This document shows positions 39,661-49,575 of a stretch of DNA of 64,000 nt, one piece after another; the first letter of the stretch is position 1; each line of letters begins with the position of its first letter. The notes under the pieces were generated by a model. The model did no database searches. It worked only from the letters and a program-made list of their open reading frames with translations, and was not told where the DNA came from. The DNA comes from Candidatus Latescibacterota bacterium (lineage in GTDB: Bacteria > Latescibacterota > UBA2968 > UBA8231), in assembly GCA_965197905.1 (NCBI GenBank), contig CBDAOB010000005.1:320001-384000 (forward strand). The letters are read 5' to 3'. A program made the position numbers and the translations under genes.

Positions 39661-40661
39661 GGGGTTTGTGCTGCCGCCTTCTTCACCGCTTGGATCACGG
39701 CGATGATGTAGCCGAACTGGAACGCCCACGCCTGGCGCACCCGATCGGTGCCGCCCGGTGACGGTTTATCGTCGGGATGCGAGGGCGCGTGGTCTGGCAT
39801 CAGCATGTACGGATACCCGGATTCGTAGAGGGTCTGCGCTACCTTGAGCATGTCCACGTCACCCTCGTCCGGCCACACCTCCTGAAAATCGTGCAGCCCT
39901 CCCTTGATATTGCGGAAGTGGATGTTGAAGATCCGTTTGCGTTCGGCGAAGTAGCGCACGATCTCACAGAGCTCGTTGGCGGGGTCTTCCAGACCCTCGG
40001 ACGCCACCCCGCAGCAGAAGTTGAGACCGTGGTACGGGCTGTCGCTGAGCTCGACGAACCGTTTCAAGCCGTCGAACACCGGGTAATTCCAGCGCTCGAC
40101 CCCGCGAAGCACCGGCGCCGGTGGATCGTCGAGATGGCAGGCGAACAGGACTTTGTTCGCGTCCGCCACCGGAATGACCCGCTCGACGAAATACCCGATG
40201 CGCTCGAACACCTCCTCGCGGCCGACAACTCCCGCTTCGGTGCGGGTTTCGTTGTCGTACTCATCGAGTCGGAAGGTGCTGTAGCGGCACCCGCCCCTGC
40301 CCGGCGTGTTGGACGTGCGCGCTGGCTCACCTACGTAGAAGTTGTAGTTGAGACCGCGCAGGCCTGCCTTGGCCGCGTTCTCGATGATCCGAAACACTTC
40401 CTCGATGTCCCGATCCCGCTGCGGGTCTTGGGCCAGCGGTATGCTCCTGGCGATCGGAATGTGCACCATCTCAAGACTGACTCCTTCCGCCGCCGCCTCT
40501 TCCCGTTGCCGCTGCAGCGTGTCGAGCTCGAAATCGGCCGGCGTCGCATCCATATGGGTCACACCGTGCCGCCGGAGGAACTGAAGATCGTGTTTTGTGG
40601 TGCTGACGTACTGAACGCCCACGTGCATGCCGTTGCCGGCCGCGGGACTGGTGGGAGTCAT
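39657..40661 (-). CDS. uxuA: Mannonate dehydratase-like protein (second paralog)
   Basis: HLDDPP, GLNFCCG, NIHFRN, EGDVDM, MPDH, AFQFGY. Confidence 0.82.
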   Translation of the reverse strand: MTPTSPAAGNGMHVGVQYVSTTKHDLQFLRRHGVTHMDATPADFELDTLQRQREEAAAEGVSLEMVHIPIARSIPLAQDPQRDRDIEEVFRIIENAAKAGLRGLNYNFYVGEPARTSNTPGRGGCRYSTFRLDEYDNETRTEAGVVGREEVFERIGYFVERVIPVADANKVLFACHLDDPPAPVLRGVERWNYPVFDGLKRFVELSDSPYHGLNFCCGVASEGLEDPANELCEIVRYFAERKRIFNIHFRNIKGGLHDFQEVWPDEGDVDMLKVAQTLYESGYPYMLMPDHAPSHPDDKPSPGGTDRVRQAWAFQFGYIIAVIQAVKKAAAQTP

Positions 40662-40707
40662 GGTGGGATTCCCGTCCGTCTCAAATGTTTGTTATCCAAT
40701 CGCTGCT

Positions 40708-41367
40708 TTAAGTGTCGAGGGGTAAGTTGTAGCGCAATTCATCCAGTCCCAGCACGCCGCTGGCGTGCGCCTGGCGGAACTCGGAATCCTTCTGGTACAT
40801 GACCCCGACAAACCCACAATGGGAGAGAACGTAGTCTAGATCCGGCCGCTGGTCAGGATGGGAGCATGCGTAGTTGAGCCATTCGCTGTCGTCGACGCGC
40901 AGCTCGATGCGGTTCAACTCCCAGTCGTCCGCACCGATCCTGACTTCCCGGACCTGCCTCCAGCAGGTGAGGTACCGGGTGTCCTCGATATACGCAGCGA
41001 CGAATAGGTGTGGAGCGTAACCGTCTGCCACGGTGATTTTCTCCAGCTCTTTCAGATAGAAGCTGGTAACAGTGTCGCGCAGATCGAAGGTTGTGGTTGG
41101 CGTCCACCATACCGGCGTCGATTCTACGTAGAACTGGTTGGAGTCGGCGCTTGGAAGGGCGAGATAGCCTCGGCTGCCCTCGGCGCCGCCCCCATCCTGC
41201 ACCAGATGGAAGGCGTTCTCGGGACTCGTGGAAAAGAACTCGCCATCGTAGGTGCGATTGGGTACCGGAGAAGCGTCGGATCCCAGCCGTTCGACCTGTT
41301 TGACCGGGGCGGGACCATCAAAGCTGTAGTGAACCTCGGCTATGCCCTCTTTCAATGAGTAGTGCAT
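40708..41367 (-). CDS. Hypothetical protein
   Basis: Long ORF with GGAGG before ATG 41367. No family recognised. Confidence 0.6.
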   Translation of the reverse strand: MHYSLKEGIAEVHYSFDGPAPVKQVERLGSDASPVPNRTYDGEFFSTSPENAFHLVQDGGGAEGSRGYLALPSADSNQFYVESTPVWWTPTTTFDLRDTVTSFYLKELEKITVADGYAPHLFVAAYIEDTRYLTCWRQVREVRIGADDWELNRIELRVDDSEWLNYACSHPDQRPDLDYVLSHCGFVGVMYQKDSEFRQAHASGVLGLDELRYNLPLDT

Positions 41368-41462
41368 CTCTATTCCTCCATGTCCGTCCGCCAATTCATC
41401 GTTTTCCACTCACGTCGGTATCCGTATTCCCGAGCCGGGTTTATACGGGAAGCTAACAAAGA

Positions 41463-41491
41463 TTGATATCGCGGAAATGATAAGCTACCAT
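41463..41491 (+). promoter_or_regulatory. Sigma70-like promoter
   Basis: TTGATA-17nt-TACCAT upstream of ATG 41526. Confidence 0.55.
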
Positions 41492-41525
41492 TGCCAACCC
41501 GTGCAGCTCGATGAAGGAGCGCGTC

Positions 41526-42977
41526 ATGAGCCAAACCCTCATAGACCCCAAGAAGCACCGGCAGCTTTTCCTGGACGATTATGCCGTAGAGGAAAAGATC
41601 GGCGTCAAGCAGACCGTACATCGGCCCCGAAGGTGTGGACCTATCATCCGGCCGGACCGCTCGCGTGGACAAACCGCTCTTCAGAGCCGTAGCGCTCCGC
41701 AGTGGAACTCAGAAAAGGGAATCTGGGAATGGTGGTATTACGGGGAGCATGCCTACTATGCGACCTCCAAGGATGGGGAACACTGGGAGAGACCCTCCCT
41801 GGGGCTGTACGAATTCAATGGGTCAAAGGACAACAACATCGCATGCGACCCCAATAAGCCGCGCATCTACCACATAATCCGTGACGAGGGTGATCCGGAT
41901 CCGCAGCGTCGCTACAAAGCGCTGTTCAGCTCTTCTGACAGGTACCTTGGCACTTCCCCCGATGGGTTCGACTGGACCATGCTGGATGTGCCACCCATCC
42001 CCAGCAGTGACGAATCCCATTTTACCTACGACGAGATCAGCGGCCAGTATATCGCCATGGTCAAGCACAGTACCAAGTGGGGGCGCTCCGTCTGGCTCTC
42101 CACCAGCAAGGATTTCGTCCACTTCTCCAAACCTGAGCTCATCTTCCACACTGATGAGATCGATTGGGAGAACTGTAGAAAACGCGTAAGAGAAGTCGTC
42201 GAGAATCCAGCATATATAACGCCTCCCGTCGTGGATGACGCAGACTACATCGCGGAGACCTATCATATGGCGGTGATGCCGTATGAGGGATTCTACATCG
42301 GTTTTCCGCGAATCTTCAATCCGCTCGGGGCGGTTCCGCCACCGGAGATGAACTTCACGCGCATCAACCAGGTGGAGCTTGCGGCGTCACGTGACCTGTA
42401 TCATTGGGACCGCGTAGGGGATCGCACCCTGTTTCTGAGCATCGAACCCTGGGACGGTGTGAGCTACGATACGCACCAGGTCAGCCTCTGCGGCCGGCCG
42501 CATGTTCGTGACAGTGAGATATGGATCTACTACAACGGTGCTCGCATGCCATCCAGCAGAAGAAGATACGAGATTCACAACCAGAACAAGGAGCTATACA
42601 GACTCAATGTGGATCCAGAGCTCTTTAATGACACCGGCGCCTTGAGCCTGGCGAAACTACCCATAGACCGATTCGTATCCCTCGATGCCGACCAGGCCGG
42701 AACGATTACGACGAAGCCATTCATGATGAAAGGGGAGGACCTCTACGTAAACGCCGAGGCCAATTGGGGTGAGATATACACCGAAATTCTGGATGCTGAA
42801 TCGATGGAGCCGTTTCCCGGCTTCTGGGTGCCTGCTCACCTGCCGCCACCGTTGACCGGTGATCACCTGCGAGCAAAGATCAACTGGCAGCCCGACCACG
42901 ATCTGGTCTTCGAAAAGCCGGTGCGCATAAGGTTCTACCTGAGTCAGGCCAGACTCTACTCCTTCTGGCTCGAATAG
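41526..42977 (+). CDS. Glycoside hydrolase-like beta-propeller protein (RQLFxDD family)
   Basis: RQLFLDD, SKDGEHW, SSDE, SRDLYHW, DRFVSLDA, RLYSFW. Confidence 0.72.
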   Translation: MSQTLIDPKKHRQLFLDDYAVEEKIGVKQTVHRPRRCGPIIRPDRSRGQTALQSRSAPQWNSEKGIWEWWYYGEHAYYATSKDGEHWERPSLGLYEFNGSKDNNIACDPNKPRIYHIIRDEGDPDPQRRYKALFSSSDRYLGTSPDGFDWTMLDVPPIPSSDESHFTYDEISGQYIAMVKHSTKWGRSVWLSTSKDFVHFSKPELIFHTDEIDWENCRKRVREVVENPAYITPPVVDDADYIAETYHMAVMPYEGFYIGFPRIFNPLGAVPPPEMNFTRINQVELAASRDLYHWDRVGDRTLFLSIEPWDGVSYDTHQVSLCGRPHVRDSEIWIYYNGARMPSSRRRYEIHNQNKELYRLNVDPELFNDTGALSLAKLPIDRFVSLDADQAGTITTKPFMMKGEDLYVNAEANWGEIYTEILDAESMEPFPGFWVPAHLPPPLTGDHLRAKINWQPDHDLVFEKPVRIRFYLSQARLYSFWLE

Positions 42978-43038
42978 GGATGGACAATCAGAATTGATTT
43001 GAGGAATGCCTAAGCCTACCACCGAGAAGGAGCGTCTA

Positions 43039-44364
43039 ATGAATCTTTCACTGATAGATCCAAAAAAACACAGACAGCTATTCCTGGACGACTACGCCGT
43101 GGAGAAAAAGATCGGTGTAAAGCAGACCCTGCAGCCTCCGAAAAAGTGCGGTCCCGTTCTCAAACCCAACCGCTCAATCGGTGAGACCTCTATTCAGAGC
43201 CGCAGCGCTCCCCAATGGAACCCTGAAAAGGGCGTCTGGGAATGGTGGTATTTCGGAAACCACATCTACTACGCCACATCCACCGATTTGGAACACTGGG
43301 ATACCCCTTCCCTGGGGCTGTACGAATGGAACGGCTCCAAGGACAACAACATCGCAAACGACCCCGAGGGAGATCAGGACAGGCGCCTCTATCACATCAT
43401 ACGTGATGAAATCGACCCGGACCCACAGCGCCGCTACAAGGGGTTGTTCAGCGCGTCCGACCGATACCTGGGCACCTCCCCCGATCCCGAGCTGGTTTTC
43501 CACACGGACAAGATCGATTGGGAGAATCGCAAGAAACGGGTGCGCGAGATCATCGAAAACCCGGCGTATATAACACCGGCTACCGTGGATAACCTGGACT
43601 ATCTACACACGAGAGAGATCGACGGTGTCACCCCCGCCGAAAGCTACCACATGGCGGTGATGCCGTACGAAGGATTCTATATCGGTTTCCCCCTGATCTT
43701 CAATGTGTTCGGTGCCAACCCGCCACCCCACATGAATCACAGCCGCATCAACCAGATTGAGATGACCGTCTCTCGCGATCTACGGCACTGGGAGCGAGTG
43801 GCGGACCGGGAAGTTTTCATCGGGATCGAACCGTGGGATGGGGTGCGATACAACACCAGTCAGGTCGGCATGGCAGGACGCCCCATCGTTGGCGAAAACG
43901 GTGAGATATTCATCTATCACATGGCTTCGCGCATTCCGAGCGGCAAAGAGCTCTACGCGACGCACAACCGCAATAAGGAGCTCTTCAGACTTCGAGTAGA
44001 CCCTGAGGTCTACAATGACCAGAGCGCCCTGTGCCTGGCCAAGCTTCCCATGGACCGGTTCGCGTGCCTCGAGGCCGAGGAAGCGGGAACCATTGTTACG
44101 AAGCCTTTTGTGATGAAAGGCGAGGACCTCTACATAAACGCCGAGGCAAATTGGGGCGAGATTTATGCCGAGATCCTGGATGCCGAGACCATGAAACCGT
44201 TCCCCGGTTTCTGGGTTCCGGCTCACCTCCCACCACCACTGACCGGTGATCACCTGCGAGCAAAGATCGAGTGGCAGCCCAAGCACGATTTGGTATTCGA
44301 AAAACCGGTACGCATACGGTTTTACCTGTATCAGGCGAGGCTCTATTCGTTTTGGCTGGAATAA
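43039..44364 (+). CDS. Tandem paralog of 41526-42977 with an in-frame 56-aa internal deletion
   Basis: High similarity throughout. YLGTSPD is joined directly to PELVFHTD. Confidence 0.75.
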   Translation: MNLSLIDPKKHRQLFLDDYAVEKKIGVKQTLQPPKKCGPVLKPNRSIGETSIQSRSAPQWNPEKGVWEWWYFGNHIYYATSTDLEHWDTPSLGLYEWNGSKDNNIANDPEGDQDRRLYHIIRDEIDPDPQRRYKGLFSASDRYLGTSPDPELVFHTDKIDWENRKKRVREIIENPAYITPATVDNLDYLHTREIDGVTPAESYHMAVMPYEGFYIGFPLIFNVFGANPPPHMNHSRINQIEMTVSRDLRHWERVADREVFIGIEPWDGVRYNTSQVGMAGRPIVGENGEIFIYHMASRIPSGKELYATHNRNKELFRLRVDPEVYNDQSALCLAKLPMDRFACLEAEEAGTIVTKPFVMKGEDLYINAEANWGEIYAEILDAETMKPFPGFWVPAHLPPPLTGDHLRAKIEWQPKHDLVFEKPVRIRFYLYQARLYSFWLE

Positions 44365-44556
44365 CTATGAAAAACAAGCGGTGCGAGATGTTGGGCGTTG
44401 GTTGAACCCAACAACCAACCTGCCGCGCAGAAGTTTGACGAAAATCGGATGGCGAATCACCTCCAGCGTGTGGACGTGTGCGCGAGGTAGACCACCCGTC
44501 TCTTCAACCTCCAGCCAGTGGTGCCGGGAATGACGGTTCGGCTCGACACGACAACA

Positions 44557-45336
44557 ATGTCAAGAATTCGAGTTCTCGCGACCGATCTGGATGGCACTCT
44601 TTTTGGCTCCAGTTCGGTTGCGTCGGAGCGCTCGGTGGCTGCCGTTCAACGATGCATCAAGTCAGGCTTCCATGTCGTGATCGCGACGGCTAGACCATTC
44701 CTGTCAGTGTGCAGCTCGCTTGATAAGCGGCTTCATGAGGGACGCTATTGGATATGCTCTGGGGGCGCCTCGATCTATCAAGACGGGGAACGGATCTATT
44801 CAGATACCATTGATGCGAATACGGCGATGACGTGCATCGAGCTACTAGATGCCTGTTCCTGGGATCTCGTCGTCTCCATGGAAATGGCGTCATCGGGCAA
44901 GCTCTTTATCAACAAAAAGCTGGACACCGGCTCCGTCCCGTTCGAGCTGGTCGATCTAAAGTCAATTCGCGGAGAGGTCACCAAGTTTCTGGTGACCGCC
45001 CCAGGGCAGCCAGAAGTGGGTGTCCCGCCCCTGCCCGGTCAGTGCAAGGTCGAGCACATCGACGGCGGCCTGGCCGTCAACATCACGTCGCCGACCGCAA
45101 ACAAAGCGACGGCTATGTCGGTTCTGCTGGAAAGCCTGGGTCTCGGCTACGATTCGGTGATGGCGTTCGGAGACGACATTAACGACCTCGATCTGCTGAA
45201 AAGCAGCGGTGTGGGGATTGCCATGGGAAATGCCGTCTCCGAGGTGAGAAACTGCGCTGACTACATTACCCTCTCCAATGATGAAGATGGGGTTGCAGTC
45301 GTGCTCGAAGGGTTGTTAGATGGCCTAGGCTATTGA
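44557..45336 (+). CDS. Cof-type HAD-IIB hydrolase
   Basis: DLDGT, ATAR, NK, FGDDIND, AMGNA, NDEDGVA. Confidence 0.92.
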   Translation: MSRIRVLATDLDGTLFGSSSVASERSVAAVQRCIKSGFHVVIATARPFLSVCSSLDKRLHEGRYWICSGGASIYQDGERIYSDTIDANTAMTCIELLDACSWDLVVSMEMASSGKLFINKKLDTGSVPFELVDLKSIRGEVTKFLVTAPGQPEVGVPPLPGQCKVEHIDGGLAVNITSPTANKATAMSVLLESLGLGYDSVMAFGDDINDLDLLKSSGVGIAMGNAVSEVRNCADYITLSNDEDGVAVVLEGLLDGLGY

Positions 45337-45341
45337 TCTGC

Positions 45342-45371
45342 TTGACGAGATCGTCGAGACCGGATTACCTT
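45342..45371 (+). promoter_or_regulatory. Sigma70-like promoter upstream of the riboswitch
   Basis: TTGACG-18nt-TACCTT. Confidence 0.45.
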
Positions 45372-45399
45372 GTAGCCGAATACAAATAGCTAGATCGAT

Positions 45400-45590
45400 G
45401 GTTGAGGTGTCCATCAAGGCATCGTCTTGATGGGAGAATAGGGAAGGCAGTGAAACTCTGCCGCGGCCCCGCCACTGTAACCGGTCTACGGATTGACCCG
45501 TAGCGCTACCGACAAAAACACCCACTGATCTGTTGTGATCGGGAAGGGGTCGGCAGCAAGCACCGGAAGCCAGGAGACCTGCCTTTACCA
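45400..45590 (+). ncRNA. Cobalamin riboswitch
   Basis: AGGT, hairpin CCATCAAG/CTTGATGG, AATAGGGAA, GTGAAA, CCCCGCCACTGTAA, CCACTG..GGGAAGG, AGCCAGGAGACCTGCCT (B12 box). Lies upstream of btuB/cob genes. Confidence 0.95.
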
Positions 45591-45642
45591 GAGGTGACGA
45601 AACCTTCGACGGAAAGGTGGTCAACCTGTGGGTGATTCCTGG

Positions 45643-45671
45643 ACCTGCTCTCCTTCGAGGGCGGGTTTTTT
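45643..45671 (+). terminator. Intrinsic terminator in the riboswitch expression platform
   Basis: ACCTGCTCTC-CTTC-GAGGGCGGGT stem ending in a T6 run. Confidence 0.7.
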
Positions 45672-45672
45672 C

Positions 45673-47907
45673 GTGCCTGCCCTCCTCCTTTTGGAGATTC
45701 TCTTAACTACCCCTGCTTTTTCCACCAGTATCAGTGGTCGCGTCTTCGAGAGGAGCACCGGCGTCTCAATTCCCGGCGCCGTAGTGCGCCTGGATTCCGC
45801 AACGACTGCAACTAAGACCCGCACCACGCTAAGCGATTCCCTTGGATTCTTTACTTTCAACGGTCTTGCTCAAGGCAATTGGATGTTGTCGGCGGAAATG
45901 ATCGGCTACCGCTCGTTTCACCGTGCAATATCCCTGAGCGATGGGCTGGAGGTTGTTGATGTGCCCTTGAAATCCCAGCCGCTACGCATGGAACCTATGG
46001 TCGTGTGGGCTCGACGCGACGGTGACAGTCGGCATACGCCCGCTTATGTAGAAACCATACCGGTAGCGATCCTCAAAGCTCCGGGAGCCGATCTAGCACA
46101 GGCGCTGGATGCGGCAACAAACGTCAATGTCCGTCGCTATGGCGGCCTCGGCAGCTTCAGTACACTTTCGATTCGCGGATCGACGGCCGAGCAGGTCCAG
46201 GTCTACCTGGACGGAGTGCCCCTCAACCAGGCGCTCGGCGGCGGCGTCAACCTGGGCAACCTGCCGCTTTCCGGGGTCGAGAGCGTTCATATTTACCGGG
46301 GCGCGACGCCGGCGCGATTCGGTGGCAACAGCCTCGGCGGCGTCGTGCACATCCGCACGGCCTCGCTGTCTAACGCCAACCGAGCTCATGTTCGTGCTCA
46401 GTCTGGCTCTTTCGGCACGCATAAAGTGGGCATGTCCGTGTCCGGCCCCTGGAAACGGTGGGAGTATCTGGCCTTGTCAGAGTTCAATACCAGCGAGAAC
46501 GACTTCCGTTTTTGGGACGACAACGGCACCCAATACAACCTGGATGATGACGGTTGGGCTCGCCGCGTAAACAGCGATTTTCACTCTTTCCGCGGATTGG
46601 TCAAACTGGGCAGAGGTTTCGGTGAAAACCGGCTGCAGGTCCACAACACCTTCGACCTCAGCCACTCGGGGATATCAGGCACCGGAATTCATCAAGCCAG
46701 GCGTAGCCGGTTGGACTCATGGCGCAATCTTTCGGAAGCGAACTTCCACGGTCCCTGGGCGGGCGGATTTGGCGGATATGCGCTAAAGGGATACTACTCG
46801 GTGGAAACGAACGAATACAAAGATCTTCACGGTGAGGTGGGATTCGGCGCACAGCACGACCGCAATACCACTCTCGGCGCCGGTTTTCGCGGCGAAGTGC
46901 ATGCGGTCATTCCAGAGCGCGGTCTCGCTACCCTGTTTGCGGTGGGTCATTCCGAGAACTTCGAGCCGGAGAATCTCCTCCAGAAAAATGGCCCGTCCAT
47001 TCATGCCCGGCGGTATCGTGGGTCGCTGGGGGCGGAGATGGAGTCGCTCCCCCTGATGCAGCGATTCACGCTGACCGCCGGCGGTCAGGTCGAACGACTG
47101 GATGACCGTCTCCTTACGCGGCAAAGCTTTCTGGCCAGCGCGTTTGAATCGGGCCGGCACAGCACAGAATCAATCTGGGGATTTCGGCTCGGGACGACCA
47201 TGGCGCTGAACAAATCGCTGTCGCTGAAAGCACACCGCGGCAGCTACCAGCGTCCGCCAAGCTTTTTTGAGCTGTTTGGTGATCGCGGGTCCTTGGTGGG
47301 CGATCCAGATCTGGTCAGTGAGGAGGGAGACAAGTGGGATCTGGGGCTGGACGCTCGAAATCTGTTCGGAGGCGCTCTGCAGCGAGCAGAGGTGGTGTAC
47401 TACAAGAGCGCCGTCAAGAACCTGATCCGCTTCGTGCAGAGCACGCAGCAGGTGTCGGAGCCCCACAACATCGGCGAAACAGGTCTCAGCGGACTGGAGA
47501 CACGATTCAATCTTAGCCTCTCCCTGGTGAGGATCGGAGGCAGCTATGTTTACCAGCGGGCCGAGAACCGCGGCCCCCTTTCCTACGAGCGGGGCAACGA
47601 TCTTCCCAATGCCCCGCGGCATCGATTCGGTCTGCAGTTGAGCGCCGGCAAATTGGGCAACGGTCTGCGCTATGCGTTCGATCGGGAAAGCAGAAACTTT
47701 CTCGACCGCGCCAATCTTAATCCGATCCCCGCCCGCTCGGTCCACACCATGGGGTTCAATCTTCTCGTCACCACAGGGGTGGACCTGTCCATGGAGGTGC
47801 GCAATCTGGGCAACAACGAGGTCGCCGATGTCTGGGGTTACCCTCTCCCCGGTCGATCCTACTTCATCTCCGCACGTTTCGAGCGCCGTTCGAACGATGA
47901 AAACTGA
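45673..47907 (+). CDS. btuB: TonB-dependent receptor, probable cobalamin/cobinamide transporter, with an N-terminal carboxypeptidase-regulatory-like domain
   Basis: SISGRV..GVSIPGA, plug SIRGS..QVQVYLDGVPLN, IYRG, NLGN..YPLPGRSY. Start placed at GTG downstream of the terminator. Confidence 0.85.
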   Translation: MPALLLLEILLTTPAFSTSISGRVFERSTGVSIPGAVVRLDSATTATKTRTTLSDSLGFFTFNGLAQGNWMLSAEMIGYRSFHRAISLSDGLEVVDVPLKSQPLRMEPMVVWARRDGDSRHTPAYVETIPVAILKAPGADLAQALDAATNVNVRRYGGLGSFSTLSIRGSTAEQVQVYLDGVPLNQALGGGVNLGNLPLSGVESVHIYRGATPARFGGNSLGGVVHIRTASLSNANRAHVRAQSGSFGTHKVGMSVSGPWKRWEYLALSEFNTSENDFRFWDDNGTQYNLDDDGWARRVNSDFHSFRGLVKLGRGFGENRLQVHNTFDLSHSGISGTGIHQARRSRLDSWRNLSEANFHGPWAGGFGGYALKGYYSVETNEYKDLHGEVGFGAQHDRNTTLGAGFRGEVHAVIPERGLATLFAVGHSENFEPENLLQKNGPSIHARRYRGSLGAEMESLPLMQRFTLTAGGQVERLDDRLLTRQSFLASAFESGRHSTESIWGFRLGTTMALNKSLSLKAHRGSYQRPPSFFELFGDRGSLVGDPDLVSEEGDKWDLGLDARNLFGGALQRAEVVYYKSAVKNLIRFVQSTQQVSEPHNIGETGLSGLETRFNLSLSLVRIGGSYVYQRAENRGPLSYERGNDLPNAPRHRFGLQLSAGKLGNGLRYAFDRESRNFLDRANLNPIPARSVHTMGFNLLVTTGVDLSMEVRNLGNNEVADVWGYPLPGRSYFISARFERRSNDEN

Positions 47908-47964
47908 TCACCATCACAACGACCTAGAAGCCATGCCTAACCTACAACTCATGGACCTATCGCG

Positions 47965-48490
47965 ATGAACCAGATAACTCTTGTTACCGGAGGATGCCGA
48001 TCAGGCAAAAGCACCCAAGCCCGACTGTGTGCCGCGGAAACCGACAACGACGTCGTATTTATCGCTACCTGTCCCCGGCTTGACGATGAGATGGTTCTGC
48101 GCATCGAAAGACACCGGGAGGAACGACGGCCGTTGGGTTGGCGCACCGTTGAGGAGGAGCTCGATCTCGCGCGCGCCTTCGCGTCCTCCGACGATGGTGA
48201 TACCATCCTCGTCGATTGCCTGACGCTTTGGGTTGCATGCCGTCCAACAGCAGGACAACCCCTTGACTGAGGACGACCTGGAAGCAGCCAGTCGGGCACT
48301 ATTGAAAAGCTGCAGGGATCGATCGGGCAGGGTCGTATTGGTAACGAACGAGGTGGGGCTGGGCGTTGCTCCCGACAACGAGCTGGCGCGTCTCTACCGC
48401 GATCTGGTTGGTCGCTGCAACCAGGTTGTCGCCAAGGAAGCTGACCGGGTGATATTGATGGTCAGCGGTCTCCCTCTGCCGTTGAAATAG
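47965..48490 (+). CDS. cobU: Adenosylcobinamide kinase / cobinamide-phosphate guanylyltransferase with an apparent +1 frameshift at 48230-48232
   Basis: TGGCRSGKS, RIERHR..R, VDCLTLW in one frame. VTNEVGLG..YRDLVGRCNQ in the next frame. Confidence 0.9.
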
Positions 48491-48501
48491 GAGATGAGAA
48501 T

Positions 48502-49575
48502 ATGAAGGTTCTCGATGCCACCCTTGAACGCATCGAAACGCAGGACCCAAAGTGGCGGAGTCTGGCTGTCGAGCGTCTGGAGCAACTCACCATGCCAAGG
48601 TGGGCATTGGGTAGACTGATGGATCTCAGCGTCGATCTTGCCGGCATGACCCGATCGCTGCGACCCGCTGTCGAACGGCGTCTCATGGTCGTGATGGCGG
48701 GTGATCACGGCGTCGCGGAGCAGGGGGTGAGCCAGTATCCGCAAGAGGTTACCGTTCAGATGGTGCACAATTTTGTGCAGCAGGGAGCCGGCATTAACGC
48801 TTTGGCGAAGGTAGCCGGAGCGGATGTGCTCGTTGCCGACCTGGGTGTGAGAGGTGACCTGACAGAAGTAAAGCAGAGCGGCGCGGTGCTCGACCACCGG
48901 ATCGGCGCCGGCACCGCAGACATTGCAACCGGTCCTGCCATGACCAGAAGCGATGCGGTACGAGCACTGGAAGCCGGGATTCAGATCGCCAATGAGCGGC
49001 TGGTGGACTTTGATTTGGTAGGTACCGGCGATATGGGCATAGGCAATACTACGCCAAGCGCCGCCATCGCTGCCCGAATTACAGGCAGCTCGGTCCGGGA
49101 CGTTACGGGTAAAGGGACGGGCATCGATGAGCAGCGACAGGGACACAAGATCGAAATCGTGGAGCGGGCTTTGCGCGTAAATCAGGTCGATCCCAACGAT
49201 GGGGTCGACGTCCTCGCCAAACTTGGCGGGTTCGAGATCGGCGGCATCGCCGGACTGATTCTAGGGGCGTCCGCGCAACGCAAACCGGTAATCGTGGATG
49301 GTTTCATCTCTACGGCAGCGGCTCTGATCGCCAGAACCCTCTCCCCAACAGCGGCAGATTATATCGTGCTGGCGCATTGCAGTGCCGAACGAGGCCACCA
49401 GGTAATGTGCAATCTCCTGGAAAAGCAGCCCTTGCTTGACCTGGGTATGCGGTTGGGCGAAGGCACGGGCGCCGCCCTTGCCATGCCGCTGGTGGAAGGT
49501 GCCGCGCGTTTGCTCTCGGAAGTGAAGACCTTTGAGGAGGCTGCGGTCTCGCAGGCACCCGGGATCGAGTCTTAG
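48502..49575 (+). CDS. cobT: Nicotinate-nucleotide--dimethylbenzimidazole phosphoribosyltransferase
   Basis: AGDHGV, GDMGIGNTT, GGFEI, DGFI, MRLGEGTGA. Confidence 0.95.
   Translation: MKVLDATLERIETQDPKWRSLAVERLEQLTMPRWALGRLMDLSVDLAGMTRSLRPAVERRLMVVMAGDHGVAEQGVSQYPQEVTVQMVHNFVQQGAGINALAKVAGADVLVADLGVRGDLTEVKQSGAVLDHRIGAGTADIATGPAMTRSDAVRALEAGIQIANERLVDFDLVGTGDMGIGNTTPSAAIAARITGSSVRDVTGKGTGIDEQRQGHKIEIVERALRVNQVDPNDGVDVLAKLGGFEIGGIAGLILGASAQRKPVIVDGFISTAAALIARTLSPTAADYIVLAHCSAERGHQVMCNLLEKQPLLDLGMRLGEGTGAALAMPLVEGAARLLSEVKTFEEAAVSQAPGIES

Noticed and set aside
39777..40802. Many long antisense or shadow ORFs (e.g. 39777-40802, 26701-27699, 61790-62881, 5104-6165)
   Set aside because: They mirror well-supported genes on the opposite strand and show no family motifs.
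44389..44420. GTTGG/CCAAC repeats that could form alternative hairpins or a pseudoknot
   Set aside because: Short and low complexity, with no recognisable RNA family and no U-tract.
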